Numbered from the stretch's first letter, positions 49,736 to 61,507 are shown. The stretch: DNA of 64,000 bases from Promethearchaeota archaeon (GCA_016839705.1 JAEOTR010000030.1:1-64000); one strand, 5' to 3'. Notes: generated from the sequence alone by a model not told the origin. Numbers and translations are program-made.

Positions 49736-51226
49736 ATGATAGAAAAGATGGAAAGAGAGTTAGAAAAAGATTTATCGAAAATTCTCAAGAAAGAAAAGTT
49801 TCAAGGAAATATGATTGGTTACATGTCAAAAGTAGGAAAGTTATTACTTTTTGTGCTTCCAGTTCTTCTAGTAATAGTAACAATATTTACATTATTCATT
49901 CCACTTAGTTTTACATTAAATATAATTTTCTATACGATTTTAGCACTTTATTTATTCAATTCAATTATGCTATTTCTAGGGGCTAGTTCTACTGAATCAT
50001 CACTAAAGATGCGCTTAAATTTTGAAAGGAAAAGAGGGAGACCTATTGATAGTCTTGATGGATTTGATTTATTATCCAACAATGTAAAGAGAGTTACTAA
50101 TTTATTGAAAATAATTGCACTCGTTTGCCTCGTTGCATTAGCGTTGTTTGTTATAATGCTTTTCATGGGAGACTTAAATTTAGGATTTGCAGCTGCAGGG
50201 TTCTCATTAATAGGTTTTGGTTTGGCGTTATTAATCAGAAGTTTAAATCTTAACATTCATGATGTTAACGGCCTCCAAGATTTCTATAAACCTACCACTC
50301 ACCAGATATTTTTAGATAATTTTTTCGGAGAAATATTATCAAACCATTTAGATCCTGTTACATTCCTCAAATGGGATGAATACCTTACAGAGATTAACAA
50401 AATATTAACACTTAGTTTTGTACAAAAAATAAAAGAAGAGGAACCTGATGAGCTACCCATTACGTTTGCCATAGAAAAGATACTTTTTCTCTACTATTTG
50501 AAGTTCCAAGATGTTTTAACTGAAGATCAGTTTGTTCAAGAATTAAAAGAAGTAATCAAAGTTGATTCAGATACGTTTGATATTAACAAAGGTATGCTAA
50601 TAGAAAATATATGGCATTTTTCCCAAAGGGATATCGGTAAGTTATTTTCCTATATCAAAAAATTCAATCCTGGATTTTTCAACATAATAGATAGACTACA
50701 ACTAGAATTAGCAGATAATATTGAACGATTATCAAAAGATCCAATTTATATGGATTCGACTGCTCAAGAAGTTGTATTTTTGAATTCAGAATTGAATATA
50801 TTTTGCTTCTTATATAACAATTCTCCAAGAGCTAAAAAATATATCATAAAGGTAAATGCACCGGGATTTGAACCGAATAAATTAAAACTTGATATAGAAG
50901 TAGAAGGGCGGGGAACTTTTTTAATACCTGATAAGCCTATACCCTTAATTTCGTCTGAAGGAAGAGATATCGCAGGAGTATTATCAAATATGCTAGAGAA
51001 TGGAGATACAACATGGTTAACTTTAGAACCGAGGGAAACAGGAGAACAAACTATCCAAATATTCTTACTTTCAGAGGATGGAACAATTATCGAAGGAAAA
51101 ACGCGTTCAGTGAAAGTTTCAAAAGATATAAAAACTTATTTGAAGAAATTCAGCTCTATCGGTTCCCTCCTTGGTGGATTAGCTGTACCCTTAGCTAAAA
51201 TATTGCCTTCTCTTCTTGCAGCTTAA
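49736..51226 (+). CDS. Membrane protein (4 TM) with C-terminal beta-sandwich-like domain
   Basis: Hydrophobic N-terminal helices, beta-rich C-terminus; poly-T after stop. Confidence 0.75.
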   Translation: MIEKMERELEKDLSKILKKEKFQGNMIGYMSKVGKLLLFVLPVLLVIVTIFTLFIPLSFTLNIIFYTILALYLFNSIMLFLGASSTESSLKMRLNFERKRGRPIDSLDGFDLLSNNVKRVTNLLKIIALVCLVALALFVIMLFMGDLNLGFAAAGFSLIGFGLALLIRSLNLNIHDVNGLQDFYKPTTHQIFLDNFFGEILSNHLDPVTFLKWDEYLTEINKILTLSFVQKIKEEEPDELPITFAIEKILFLYYLKFQDVLTEDQFVQELKEVIKVDSDTFDINKGMLIENIWHFSQRDIGKLFSYIKKFNPGFFNIIDRLQLELADNIERLSKDPIYMDSTAQEVVFLNSELNIFCFLYNNSPRAKKYIIKVNAPGFEPNKLKLDIEVEGRGTFLIPDKPIPLISSEGRDIAGVLSNMLENGDTTWLTLEPRETGEQTIQIFLLSEDGTIIEGKTRSVKVSKDIKTYLKKFSSIGSLLGGLAVPLAKILPSLLAA

Positions 51227-51310
51227 AAAATTAATCTTCTTTTTTTTCTCTTTTTTGTTTAGAATAATTTTAAATTTAAAATCTGAGATTATATTGCAAG
51301 TGAACTAAAT

Positions 51311-52054
51311 TTGAATACTGATTATTTTGATAAAAAAGCAGCAGAGCTAGCTTACATGAAATCAGAATCGTTTGAATTTCTAGCTCATGATATAAACAAT
51401 ATTTTTAATAATGTTCGAAGTTCTACTGATTTATGTAGGATATTTTTAGACAATTCAAGTCAAATTAATAAAGTATATGAACAATTCGATCTTATTAGTG
51501 GGCAAATAGCCCGAGGAATTAAGTTAATATCAAATGCTCGAAACTTAACTCAATTTAACAAATTAAATCGCTCAATTTTACAAATTACTTTAATTGAACC
51601 TTTATCTAGAGCCATTAAGTTCGTAGAAAAGAATTTTCGGGATAAAAAATTAACTATTAATGTTAATTCCTTTGATAAGAAAATTTCTATAGAAGCCAAT
51701 GAATTAATTGTTGAAGTATTTGAGAATCTTTTAGTTAATGCGGTACTCCATAATTTAAATTATTCCGTTGAAGTTACTGTTCAGATCACGCAAATATTAA
51801 AAGATAATCAGAATTATATAAAAATCCAATTTATAGACAATGGAATAGGTATATCTGATGATCGGAAGAAATGGATTTTTAATAGCAGCTTTATAAAAGA
51901 TAAACATGGCAAAGGGATGGGCTTCGGATTATCCCTAATAAAAGAAATTATCAACACTTATGGTGGATTTATTTGGGTTGAGAATAGAATCAAGGGGAAT
52001 TATTCCAAGGGCTGTAATTTCGTAATGTTAATCCCAGCTGGTTCCGAAAAATAA
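51311..52054 (+). CDS. Sensor-less histidine kinase (H-box plus HATPase_c)
   Basis: LAHDINN, ENLLVNA, DNGIG, GMGFGL. Confidence 0.88.
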   Translation: MNTDYFDKKAAELAYMKSESFEFLAHDINNIFNNVRSSTDLCRIFLDNSSQINKVYEQFDLISGQIARGIKLISNARNLTQFNKLNRSILQITLIEPLSRAIKFVEKNFRDKKLTINVNSFDKKISIEANELIVEVFENLLVNAVLHNLNYSVEVTVQITQILKDNQNYIKIQFIDNGIGISDDRKKWIFNSSFIKDKHGKGMGFGLSLIKEIINTYGGFIWVENRIKGNYSKGCNFVMLIPAGSEK

Positions 52055-52284
52055 TAAATAAATCTAAATTGCCATAAATCCACAGATAGAATTAGGGATT
52101 AGATATTTTATACATGGGAAAATCACCAAAATTTTAGCAGATAAGTTTAAATAAAATTAGTCGACTATTTTTGTGGTTTAACACGTTTGTTGATTTTGAT
52201 CAAAATTAGATGAATATATTGTTTTTAAGAATATTTAAAAATCGTTTATTATTAATATGATGAATTATGAGGTTAGTTGGCTAG

Positions 52285-53889
52285 TTGGTAGTATCAGAAC
52301 TTTATGAATCGGAAAAAATTTTCAAGGAACTTATTGAAAACATCAGTAGTGGTGTAGCTATTTATGAAACTACTGATCAGGGAAAAAATTTCACAATTCG
52401 AGAAATGAATAAAGCAGGGTTATCTATATGTGAAGCCACACGACAAGAGATTATAGGAAAAAATCTATCTGAATTATTCCCTAATGTAGAAGATTTTGGT
52501 TTCGTTGGTACATTAAAGAGAGTATGGAAGACAGGGAAACCAGAACATTCTCCAACAGCATTCTATCAAGATACTAGAGTTGATGGTTGGACTGAAATGT
52601 ATATTTATAGATTATCTTCTGATAAAGTGGTTGCGATTTTTGATAGACAGTCAGAGATCATTGAGGCTAAAGAACGAAGTGAAGCACTATCCGTTTTAAA
52701 TAAGATTATCACATTAGGTAATGAATCCACGACTCTTCAAGAGTTTTTAGAAAAATCTTATGATCACCTGTTGGATGTTGTAAGTTTTGACCGAGGAGGA
52801 ATCTATCTTTATGATCCTGAAACTCATCATAATACACTTGTTCTTCATAAAAATGTCCATCCTGATTTTATAACTGCTGTAAAAGATGTAGATATATCTG
52901 AAGGTCTCTTCAGCAAGGTATTTGATAAAAATAATCCATTCTATATCGAAGATTTTTCAAAATTCATGGAAGATTCGAAAAAACTCGGAGTACATTCTGC
53001 TGCCATAGTTCCACTTCGCTCTAAGGACGAATATGTCGGAAGTATGAATGTAGCGTCTTCATCTCATCAAGATCTATCCCAATATGAATTGGAGTTACTG
53101 GTTGCGATTGGTAAACAAATGGGAATTATCATTCAGAAATTTGAATCTGAAAAACTTCTTAAAGAATCAGAGGAAAAATATCGTAAAGCCTATTATCAAG
53201 CTAATCTTTATAGAGATATTTTTGCTCACGATATAAACAATATGCTCCAGAATATTCAATCTTCATCGGAACTTAGTTCTCTTTATCTGAACAATCCTGA
53301 AAAATTACATACATTAAAGGAATTATACGACATTATAACGGAACAAATTGAAAGAGGTAAAAAATTAATTGATAACGTCAGAAAAATAAATATCATAGAT
53401 GAGTCTGAAGTTATTTTAGAAAAAGTTGAAATCATTCGATTCTTAAAAAAAGCAATTGAATATCTTAAAAATAGTTTTCAAACAAGAGACATTGATGTTC
53501 AAATTAATAGCTCAGAAAAAAAACTCTACGTAATTGCAAATAATTTCTTATTAGATGTATTTGAAAATATTTTAATTAATGCTGTAAGACATAACAATAA
53601 ATCTAAAATTGAAATCAGTTTGGAGATCACTAAGTATCATTCAAATGATATGGAGTATATCAAACTAGAATTTAAGGATAATGCGATAGGCATCTCTGAT
53701 TACCGTAAGAAAAGTATATTTGAAAAAGGGAAGCAGAGGAGCTTAAACAGCAAGGGAATGGGTCTTGGGCTATCCCTGGTAAAAAAAATAACTGAAAGTT
53801 ATAATGGTGTCATTTGGGTTGAAGATAGAGTTAAAGGAGATTATACACAAGGTAGTAATTTTGTAATACTACTCCAAGAAGCTACATAG
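52285..53889 (+). CDS. PAS-GAF histidine kinase
   Basis: PAS, GAF (AIVPLRSK), FAHDINN, ENILINA, GMGLGL. Confidence 0.92.
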   Translation: MVVSELYESEKIFKELIENISSGVAIYETTDQGKNFTIREMNKAGLSICEATRQEIIGKNLSELFPNVEDFGFVGTLKRVWKTGKPEHSPTAFYQDTRVDGWTEMYIYRLSSDKVVAIFDRQSEIIEAKERSEALSVLNKIITLGNESTTLQEFLEKSYDHLLDVVSFDRGGIYLYDPETHHNTLVLHKNVHPDFITAVKDVDISEGLFSKVFDKNNPFYIEDFSKFMEDSKKLGVHSAAIVPLRSKDEYVGSMNVASSSHQDLSQYELELLVAIGKQMGIIIQKFESEKLLKESEEKYRKAYYQANLYRDIFAHDINNMLQNIQSSSELSSLYLNNPEKLHTLKELYDIITEQIERGKKLIDNVRKINIIDESEVILEKVEIIRFLKKAIEYLKNSFQTRDIDVQINSSEKKLYVIANNFLLDVFENILINAVRHNNKSKIEISLEITKYHSNDMEYIKLEFKDNAIGISDYRKKSIFEKGKQRSLNSKGMGLGLSLVKKITESYNGVIWVEDRVKGDYTQGSNFVILLQEAT

Positions 53890-54030
53890 CAGTTTTATCT
53901 TCAGTTTTTCGTTTTTGATTTTAGTAATAGCATTATAAGTTTATGAAGAACATATAATTCAATCCTTCCTTCTATTTCTATTTAAATTATTAATATAAAC
54001 TTTAAAAATGATATAGACAAGAATGAAATT

Positions 54031-55554
54031 ATGGAAACTTATGACTTAGTAGTTATTGGAAGTGGAGCGGGTTTAAGTGTTTTGAATGTAGGCCTACAAG
54101 TCGGGATGAAATGTGCGCTAGTTGAGGATACAAAATTGGGAGGTACGTGCTTAACACGAGGTTGTATTCCTTCTAAGGTGTTAGTTCATCCCGCAGATTT
54201 AATTCGAGAAGCTCAACATGCAAAAAAGGTTGGAGTTCATCTAAATATTGAAAAAATTGATTGGGATTTAATTTCAAAAAGAATGTGGTCACAGATTGAC
54301 GAAAATAAGCAAATGGAGGAAGGATTATCACATGTACCAAACCTAAAAATGTTTAGAGGTATTGGTGAATTTGTTGGAGAATATGAAATGGAAGTTAAGT
54401 CTCGTGATGGTAAGGAGAGTATTGGAAGATTTAAAGGTGAAAAATTTGTTATAGCATCAGGTGCACGCACTATTATACCCCCAATTGAAGATTTAGAAGA
54501 AGTAGGTTTTGTAACCAGTAGAACTTTTTTTGGAGATAAATTCCCTAAACAACCATGGAAAAGTCTTATAATTATTGGTGGAGGTGTGATTGCCGCTGAG
54601 TTTGCCCATATTTTCTCCGCAATGGGAACTGAGGTTACTATAATAGAAATGCTTCCACGTTTAATAACAACAGAAGAACCTGAGATTAGTGAATTTTTAG
54701 AGCAGAATTTCAAGAAGCATATGACCGTTTATGTTAATTATAGAGCAATTAAAGCCAAAGGAAAAAAAAAAAATAAAGCTATTATCGCCCAAAATATGAA
54801 CGACGGTAAAGAAATTGAAGTTTCTGCCGAAGAAATTCTTATTGCTACTGGACGACGCTCAAATGCAGATATTTTAAAAGTAAATATGACTGGTATTGAA
54901 ACTGATGAAAAAGGATGGATTAAGACAAATAAATACTTAGAAACCAGTAAAAAGAATATCTGGTGTTTTGGTGACGCTAATGGACTTTATCAATTTCGAC
55001 ATAAAGCAAATTATGAAGCAGAAATCTGTACTAATAATATTTTCGGACCAGAAGACCAAAAAAAGTCTGCTGACTATTCTACTGTACCTTGGGCAATCTT
55101 TACCCATCCTCAAGTAGGACACGTCGGAATGACCCAAGCAGAAGCAGTTGAAAAAGGTCATGAGATATTTGTAGCAAAAAAGAATTATTCTACTATTGCT
55201 AAAGGTTTTGCTATGGGTTTTAGTGCAGATGATGTAGATGACGGATTTGTTAAATTAATAGTTGATAAATCTTATCGGCTTCTAGGTGCTCATGTAGTTG
55301 GTCCTCACGCTGCTATTTTAGTCCAGCCATTTGTGTATTTGATGAATTCGGGATTCACATGTTCATTACCAGAACCTCAAAGTGAAATTAATATTCCTAA
55401 ATTAGAAAAAGCTTGCCCGGAAGCAGGTTCTTTTATGCCGATATACAATTCAATGGTTATTCATCCCTCTCTTAATGAAGTTACTGGTTGGGCAATCGGG
55501 AATTTGAAACCGATTAATATAAAAATGGAAAACCATGAACATCATCATAGTTAG
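54031..55554 (+). CDS. Class I pyridine nucleotide-disulfide oxidoreductase (Lpd/mycothione reductase-like)
   Basis: GGTCLTRGCIPSK, GGGVIAAE, GD, HKANYEA, IHPSLNE. Confidence 0.88.
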   Translation: METYDLVVIGSGAGLSVLNVGLQVGMKCALVEDTKLGGTCLTRGCIPSKVLVHPADLIREAQHAKKVGVHLNIEKIDWDLISKRMWSQIDENKQMEEGLSHVPNLKMFRGIGEFVGEYEMEVKSRDGKESIGRFKGEKFVIASGARTIIPPIEDLEEVGFVTSRTFFGDKFPKQPWKSLIIIGGGVIAAEFAHIFSAMGTEVTIIEMLPRLITTEEPEISEFLEQNFKKHMTVYVNYRAIKAKGKKKNKAIIAQNMNDGKEIEVSAEEILIATGRRSNADILKVNMTGIETDEKGWIKTNKYLETSKKNIWCFGDANGLYQFRHKANYEAEICTNNIFGPEDQKKSADYSTVPWAIFTHPQVGHVGMTQAEAVEKGHEIFVAKKNYSTIAKGFAMGFSADDVDDGFVKLIVDKSYRLLGAHVVGPHAAILVQPFVYLMNSGFTCSLPEPQSEINIPKLEKACPEAGSFMPIYNSMVIHPSLNEVTGWAIGNLKPINIKMENHEHHHS

Positions 55555-55756
55555 ATTAAAATAATAGAGAATACTCAGTTTGAAATCCTAATTTCTTCCT
55601 TTTTTAAAAAGGAGGTAACTCCTCTAAAGGAAGTAATTTTATTCTTTTATTACCAGAAGCAAATTAAGATATTTTAAGCATTTTTATTCTTTCCCTATCT
55701 TACTATATTTACTATACCATCAACTATTTAGATTCCTAAACTAATATTAAGATCAG

Positions 55757-57610
55757 ATGGTAACTAAAATCAATACTATTAGAGAAGGAGGAAAAATAGG
55801 TCAAATTTTTACTCCAAATTATATTGCTAAATTTATTGTAAAAAACTTATTTGATTTTATTCCTAGCAAGGTTAGTAACCCTCAGACATTAAGGATATTA
55901 GAACCATCTGCAGGAGAGGGCGTTTTTATTAAATTTCTTTTAAAAAATGGCTTTTCAGATATTACTGCTTATGAAATGGACAGTACTTTGAAAAATTCCT
56001 TAGTAAAATTATATCCATCTGTAAAATTCAAATTCGATAATTTCTTAGGCTCAGATCTTAATGAAAAATTTGATATAATAATCGGAAATCCTCCCTATTT
56101 AGGTCAAAACTATAATGCTGAAATTTTTCAAAATTATGTAAGAAAATACCCTATTTGCGCTAGATATTTTGTAGGAAATATGGATTTATTTTATTTTTTC
56201 ATTCACTTAGGCATAGAAAAATTGAATCCAGGTGGACTTCTCACTTATATCACAACAAATTATTGGATTACTAAATCCCAAAAAACCGGTATAAAATTAT
56301 TAAAGCCACATATATTAGATGAATGTTTTCTGCTTCAATATATCGATTTATCAAACTTAAACATATTTGAAGCCGCAAGAGGGCAACACAATTGTATTTT
56401 CGTATTACAAAAAAAGACAGAGCAAGAAAAAATTAAAAAGATAAATAAAGATATTCAAATAATTCAAACCGTAAATGCAAATAATTCTCAAAAGATAGGT
56501 GAGCTTCAGAATAAAAAAATATTCAGAGATTTAATCCAAAAAGTAGATTCTAGATATCTAAAGAAATATTTTTCAGCATTAACAAATAACAATTTACAGC
56601 GAAATCATAATTGGAACTTAATCTACCCAAAAGAAGTAAAGGAGGTTGTAACCAAAATCGAAAATTACTGTAAGAAATCAAGAAAGGTTCTAAAATTACA
56701 AGATTACTTCATTATACGAAATGGGTTGATTTTGGTTAATGATAATATTTTTATCTTAAAAGAAGGTAAGGACTTAAAAATTGAAAACAACAGCTATTAT
56801 GTTCAAATTAATGGAGAATTTATCAAACTCAATGAATTTGAAAAGGAAAGACTTAAAAAAATATACAAAAGCAAATCTATTAAATCTTATGGATATAATA
56901 ACGATAGTTTCATAGGATATTTATTATATTTCAACAAAAGCGAATTTAATCAACAATCATTAATGAAGCGAAAAAAATCTCTTGAGGAGAAGTACCCCAC
57001 TCTCACTAAATACCTTAAACAATTTGAAAAAAAATTACGAAAGATCTTAATTAACGCTAAGGAAAATCCTGAAGATTTTTATTATCCAAGAAGAGGTTCT
57101 TTTATACGAAGAACTGAAGAAGATGGGAAAGATACTTTGGTAGATCTTGAACCTTTCTACGATGATGCCCAAAAGATCTTCTTTAAATTCATTTCAAATG
57201 AAAATATTTTTGGATACTCCCATGACTCCTACTATGCCACCTCAGATACGTATTTCCTCTGGCCTTTAAAAAATAAAAATACAGACTATTTATTTACCCT
57301 TGCGTATTTAAATTCAAAACTCGTTTACTTCTTATATAAAGCTAAAAACATTGTCATCAAAAGAAGTAAAACTAAGCTCGAACATGATTTAACTGTTCCC
57401 AACCTTAAAGCTTTCGAATCTACCGAAAAAAAGGGTATAGTAGATTTGATAAGAACTCTTTCTTTTCTATTAATAAATAACAATGAGAATGATCATGCTA
57501 TAAATACTATACAAAATATTATAGATACACTATTTTTTAAGCTCTTTGACCTAGATGAAATTATACTCAATAACTTATTAAGCAAATATTATAATTTACC
57601 GTTAAACTAA
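55757..57610 (+). CDS. N6-adenine DNA methyltransferase (Eco57I/TaqI-like), apparently orphan
   Basis: GQIFTP, LEPSAGEGVF (motif I), IIGNPPY (motif IV), YLNS in the C-terminal TRD region. Confidence 0.88.
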   Translation: MVTKINTIREGGKIGQIFTPNYIAKFIVKNLFDFIPSKVSNPQTLRILEPSAGEGVFIKFLLKNGFSDITAYEMDSTLKNSLVKLYPSVKFKFDNFLGSDLNEKFDIIIGNPPYLGQNYNAEIFQNYVRKYPICARYFVGNMDLFYFFIHLGIEKLNPGGLLTYITTNYWITKSQKTGIKLLKPHILDECFLLQYIDLSNLNIFEAARGQHNCIFVLQKKTEQEKIKKINKDIQIIQTVNANNSQKIGELQNKKIFRDLIQKVDSRYLKKYFSALTNNNLQRNHNWNLIYPKEVKEVVTKIENYCKKSRKVLKLQDYFIIRNGLILVNDNIFILKEGKDLKIENNSYYVQINGEFIKLNEFEKERLKKIYKSKSIKSYGYNNDSFIGYLLYFNKSEFNQQSLMKRKKSLEEKYPTLTKYLKQFEKKLRKILINAKENPEDFYYPRRGSFIRRTEEDGKDTLVDLEPFYDDAQKIFFKFISNENIFGYSHDSYYATSDTYFLWPLKNKNTDYLFTLAYLNSKLVYFLYKAKNIVIKRSKTKLEHDLTVPNLKAFESTEKKGIVDLIRTLSFLLINNNENDHAINTIQNIIDTLFFKLFDLDEIILNNLLSKYYNLPLN

Positions 57611-57688
57611 TCTCTTGGCGCTTTATCTCCTTATTTTTCAGAAACGATAAGTTTTTATAGATCATTTCGCATAATTTAATCATAAGTT

Positions 57689-57705
57689 GTCAATTAAAAA
57701 TTGAC
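57689..57705. promoter_or_regulatory. Palindromic operator candidate GTCAAT-N5-ATTGAC
   Basis: About 30 bp downstream of TATA-like TTTTTATA (about 57652-57659) upstream of hsp20. Confidence 0.55.
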
Positions 57706-57728
57706 GTTTGAGAAAATCAAGGTGGTAA

Positions 57729-58349
57729 ATGTTGAAGGATGATTTTAATGATTTTATTGAAAAGATAAAGAAACATTTTAAATTAGATTCAGATATGTTT
57801 GATATTGATTTTTTATTTCTTCCAGAATCTGAAATAAAACGAGGAAGAGCTCCTGATAATGATAAAATTAAGGGTTTTAAGATCTCATATCATTTTGAGA
57901 GTGGTATGGAAAAACCAGAAATAAAAATTGAAGGAAATGTTGATAATAAGAAGGTGTGGGAATATTTGAAGAATGCTGATTTATCTAAGCTCCCAAACGT
58001 AAGAGAACTTTATGAATCCGAACCTACGCAAGAAATTGATGCAAATTCTCTCTCTTTAGAGTCTTATGAAGAAGAGTATGAAGATGATGAATTATTATTT
58101 TTAGAACCCTATTCAGAAGTATGTAATAATGAAGGATTTACTGAAGTTCTCATAGAAATTCCTGGAATTGATCAAAAAGATGTGGAAATCAGTTTCAGAG
58201 ACAAGGGAAAAGAGTTAGTTTTTAGAGCAGTAAATGAAAACAGAAAATATATGACAACGGTGGCTCTACCGTTTCAATCATCTGAAGAGAATTGTGAAAT
58301 GGAAGTAAATAATGGATTAGCTATAATAAAATTGAGTAATTCTATTTAA
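57729..58349 (+). CDS. Hsp20/alpha-crystallin family protein
   Basis: EPYSEV...VLIEIPGIDQKDVEI...LP...NNGLAIIKL. Confidence 0.8.
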   Translation: MLKDDFNDFIEKIKKHFKLDSDMFDIDFLFLPESEIKRGRAPDNDKIKGFKISYHFESGMEKPEIKIEGNVDNKKVWEYLKNADLSKLPNVRELYESEPTQEIDANSLSLESYEEEYEDDELLFLEPYSEVCNNEGFTEVLIEIPGIDQKDVEISFRDKGKELVFRAVNENRKYMTTVALPFQSSEENCEMEVNNGLAIIKLSNSI

Positions 58350-58413
58350 AAATTAGATAATTAGATTTATTTATTGTAAATAACCTAATATTAAGTGAGG
58401 AGTTGAAAAAAGT

Positions 58414-60639
58414 ATGAGTGGAATAACTCGTGAATATAAAGGAGATGGGAAAAAAGTAAGAATTAGAGATGCCTATAAAGGTGATGCGGGGAGGGGTAGG
58501 ATCCGAATTGATCCTCTTGTAATTGAAGAGATGAATCTTAAAACTGGTGATGTTATTGAAATTATTCATTCTGTAGCGAATAAAAAAACCGCAGCATTGT
58601 TGTATCCGGGAAAAGATGAAGATAAAGGATCTAATTCTCTACGAATAGATTCTTCATTACGGCGGAATCTAAATGCTTCCTTAGATGATATTGTAGAAAT
58701 TCGTAAGATAGATGCAAGTTTAGCTGAAAGAATAACATTTGCGGGAGTAGAAGAGTCAGTAATCATAAGAGATCCAAACCGTTTAGTAAGGATGTTAGAA
58801 AATCGTGTAATTACTAAGGGTGATATTTTAAGTTTCAATGCAATGGGTAGAAGGATTGATTTTATAGTTGTTGATTATGCACCCAGAGCAGATGCTGTAC
58901 GGATCCATTTAGAAACTAAAATTACGATTTCTGAAAAAACTCATAAAGAATTAGAGGAATTAGAAGGTAGGAGAGTTACTTATGAAGATATAGGTGGTTT
59001 AGAAGAAGAAATTCAGAAAATTCGCGAAATGATTGAATTACCAATTCGACATCCTGAGTTGTTTAAAAGAATAGGCATCGATCCCCCTAAGGGTGTGTTA
59101 CTCCATGGACCACCTGGTACTGGAAAAACACTACTTGCTCGAGCAGTTGCGTATGAAACTGAAGCACATTTTATAACCATAAGTGGCCCTGAAATCATGA
59201 GTAAATTTTATGGTCAAAGTGAAGAAAATCTAAGAAAAGTATTTGAAGAAGCAAAAGACATGTCACCTTCAATTATCTTTATCGATGAGTTAGATTCAAT
59301 TGCTCCTAAAAGAGGTGAAGTTACAGGGGAAGTTGAAAGACGAGTTGTTGCTCAATTACTTTCATTATTAGACGGTTTAGAGGGAAGAGGTGAAGTCATT
59401 GTTATTGGAGCAACAAATCGGGTTAATGATATCGATCCCGCGCTTCGACGTCCCGGCAGATTTGATAGAGAAATTGAGATTGGGGTTCCCGATACTGATG
59501 GTAGATATGATATTCTATTAATTCATACTCGTGGAATGCCTTTACATACCGATGTTGATTTACGTCTCATGGCTGAAAAAACACACGGATTTGTGGGTGC
59601 AGACGTGGAAGCATTAGCAAAGGAAGCCGCTATGCTGGCAATAAGAGATATATTACCAAACATCGATTTAGATAAACCAATTCCACCGGAAGTGTTAATG
59701 GACCTTGAAATAGTTATGAAAAACTTTCAATCAGCATTGAATAGTATTGAACCTTCAGCGTTAAGAGAAGTTTTAATAATTCAACCATCTGAAACTTGGG
59801 ATGACATAGGCGGTTTAGAGGAAGCAACCCAACAATTAAGAGAAGTAATTGAATGGCCACTGAAATATCCAGAGCTATTCAATCATTTAAATTCAAAACC
59901 CCCGAACGGAATCTTACTTTTTGGCCCTCCTGGAACAGGAAAAACATTGCTCGCCAAAGCTTTAGCGCATGAAAGTGAGGTTAATTTTATTTCTGTGAAA
60001 GGACCAGAATTTTTATCCAAATGGGTTGGTGAAAGCGAAAAAGCGGTAAGAGAAACTTTTCGGAAAGCGAGGGCTGCAGCACCATGTATTATATTCTTTG
60101 ATGAAATAGATGCAATTGCTGGGATGAGGGGAAGATTTGCAAGTTCCCAAGTAACTGAGCAAGTGGTTTCACAATTACTCACAGAAATGGATGGTTTGGA
60201 AGGCCTAAAGGATGTTATTTTACTTGCAGCAACGAATCGGCCAGATATGCTTGATCCCGCTTTATTGCGTTCAGGAAGATTCGGCAGGCATATCGAGATT
60301 CCATTACCAGATAAAGAAGCACGAGTCGAGATATTCAAAATTCACCTGATGAATAAACCTTTAGCATCTGATGTCGATATTAGTCAAATGGCACAAGAAT
60401 TAGAAGGTTATACGGGAGCAGATATCCAGGCAATTTGTGAAGAAGCTACACTTTTAACTATTCGAAAAGCTGTATTAAATAAAAACATCACTACTCAAGA
60501 TGCCACTTCTCTAAGAAATGTAAAAATTTCAAACGCAGAATTCGAGGAAGCATCTGAAAAAATCTTAAAATCTGCAGAAAAAGCACGAGTTTCTCATGAA
60601 AGTTATTCACAAGAACCCTCAGAAGAATTATATCGCTAA
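58414..60639 (+). CDS. cdc48: CDC48/VCP/VAT AAA+ ATPase
   Basis: N-domain [10 protein letters not shown], two AAA modules GPPGTGKT, C-terminal HbYX motif LYR. Confidence 0.97.
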   Translation: MSGITREYKGDGKKVRIRDAYKGDAGRGRIRIDPLVIEEMNLKTGDVIEIIHSVANKKTAALLYPGKDEDKGSNSLRIDSSLRRNLNASLDDIVEIRKIDASLAERITFAGVEESVIIRDPNRLVRMLENRVITKGDILSFNAMGRRIDFIVVDYAPRADAVRIHLETKITISEKTHKELEELEGRRVTYEDIGGLEEEIQKIREMIELPIRHPELFKRIGIDPPKGVLLHGPPGTGKTLLARAVAYETEAHFITISGPEIMSKFYGQSEENLRKVFEEAKDMSPSIIFIDELDSIAPKRGEVTGEVERRVVAQLLSLLDGLEGRGEVIVIGATNRVNDIDPALRRPGRFDREIEIGVPDTDGRYDILLIHTRGMPLHTDVDLRLMAEKTHGFVGADVEALAKEAAMLAIRDILPNIDLDKPIPPEVLMDLEIVMKNFQSALNSIEPSALREVLIIQPSETWDDIGGLEEATQQLREVIEWPLKYPELFNHLNSKPPNGILLFGPPGTGKTLLAKALAHESEVNFISVKGPEFLSKWVGESEKAVRETFRKARAAAPCIIFFDEIDAIAGMRGRFASSQVTEQVVSQLLTEMDGLEGLKDVILLAATNRPDMLDPALLRSGRFGRHIEIPLPDKEARVEIFKIHLMNKPLASDVDISQMAQELEGYTGADIQAICEEATLLTIRKAVLNKNITTQDATSLRNVKISNAEFEEASEKILKSAEKARVSHESYSQEPSEELYR

Positions 60640-60685
60640 AATTGAAATCATTTCTATAAATTAAAAAAAAGGAGGAGAAATTCTA

Positions 60686-61474
60686 ATGGAATTGGAAGAA
60701 CAAGGTGGAGGAAAATTGTTTCTTAGTTTGGATAATTTATTAGAAATATTGGGAAACCCAACAAGACGAATTATCCTCTCTAAATTAGCTAAAGTACCAC
60801 TAGGTGCTTCAGAATTAGCAGCCTCATTTGGCACAAAGATTTCAAGGCAGGCGATACACTCGCAACTTAAAACGCTTACTGATTATAATATTATTGAAAG
60901 TATTGGCGAAGATCCAAGAAATATTAAATACAGAATTAAGAGTAATCTTTCTTTAAGAATTAATATTACTCCTGATTATTATAGTATCAAATATGATGTG
61001 TCTAAAATTGATGACTTGTCAGAAAACCTGAAACTAAAGGATATTAGCTGTCACGTTGATTATCAGAAAATTAATATTCCTAGTGAGAAACTAAGATTTC
61101 TGGGGGAAAGAATAAGAGAAGTTGAACAAAATATAAGTGAGTTAGAAGCTGAAAGAAATTCTCTACTCCGTACTAAAGAATGCTTTATAGTTGAGCTAAA
61201 AAAAATAATGATAGACCTATATGACAAAGACGTCAAAAAGAGAGAGCAACCGAATTTAGAAAAGGAAATCTTCTACACACTCTTTTATAATCCAATTAAA
61301 TATTTTAAAAGAATAAATATCGATACATTGCTAGATGATATTTTTTTCTCAGATATGGGAAATATAAGAAGAGCTCAAAATAGAATATCTGTAAATTACC
61401 TATTAAGAGATTTATCTAAACTGATGGATTTCATGTATGAAGATGAAGAAGATTTTTTCTTCTTTGATATATAA
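60686..61474 (+). CDS. ArsR-family wHTH regulator with coiled coil (Phr/HSR1-like)
   Basis: LGNPTRRIILSKL...ISRQAIHSQLKTL, followed by a coiled coil. Confidence 0.8.
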   Translation: MELEEQGGGKLFLSLDNLLEILGNPTRRIILSKLAKVPLGASELAASFGTKISRQAIHSQLKTLTDYNIIESIGEDPRNIKYRIKSNLSLRINITPDYYSIKYDVSKIDDLSENLKLKDISCHVDYQKINIPSEKLRFLGERIREVEQNISELEAERNSLLRTKECFIVELKKIMIDLYDKDVKKREQPNLEKEIFYTLFYNPIKYFKRINIDTLLDDIFFSDMGNIRRAQNRISVNYLLRDLSKLMDFMYEDEEDFFFFDI

Positions 61475-61507
61475 AAATAAAAACATAATTTTATTGAGGT
61501 AATCATA

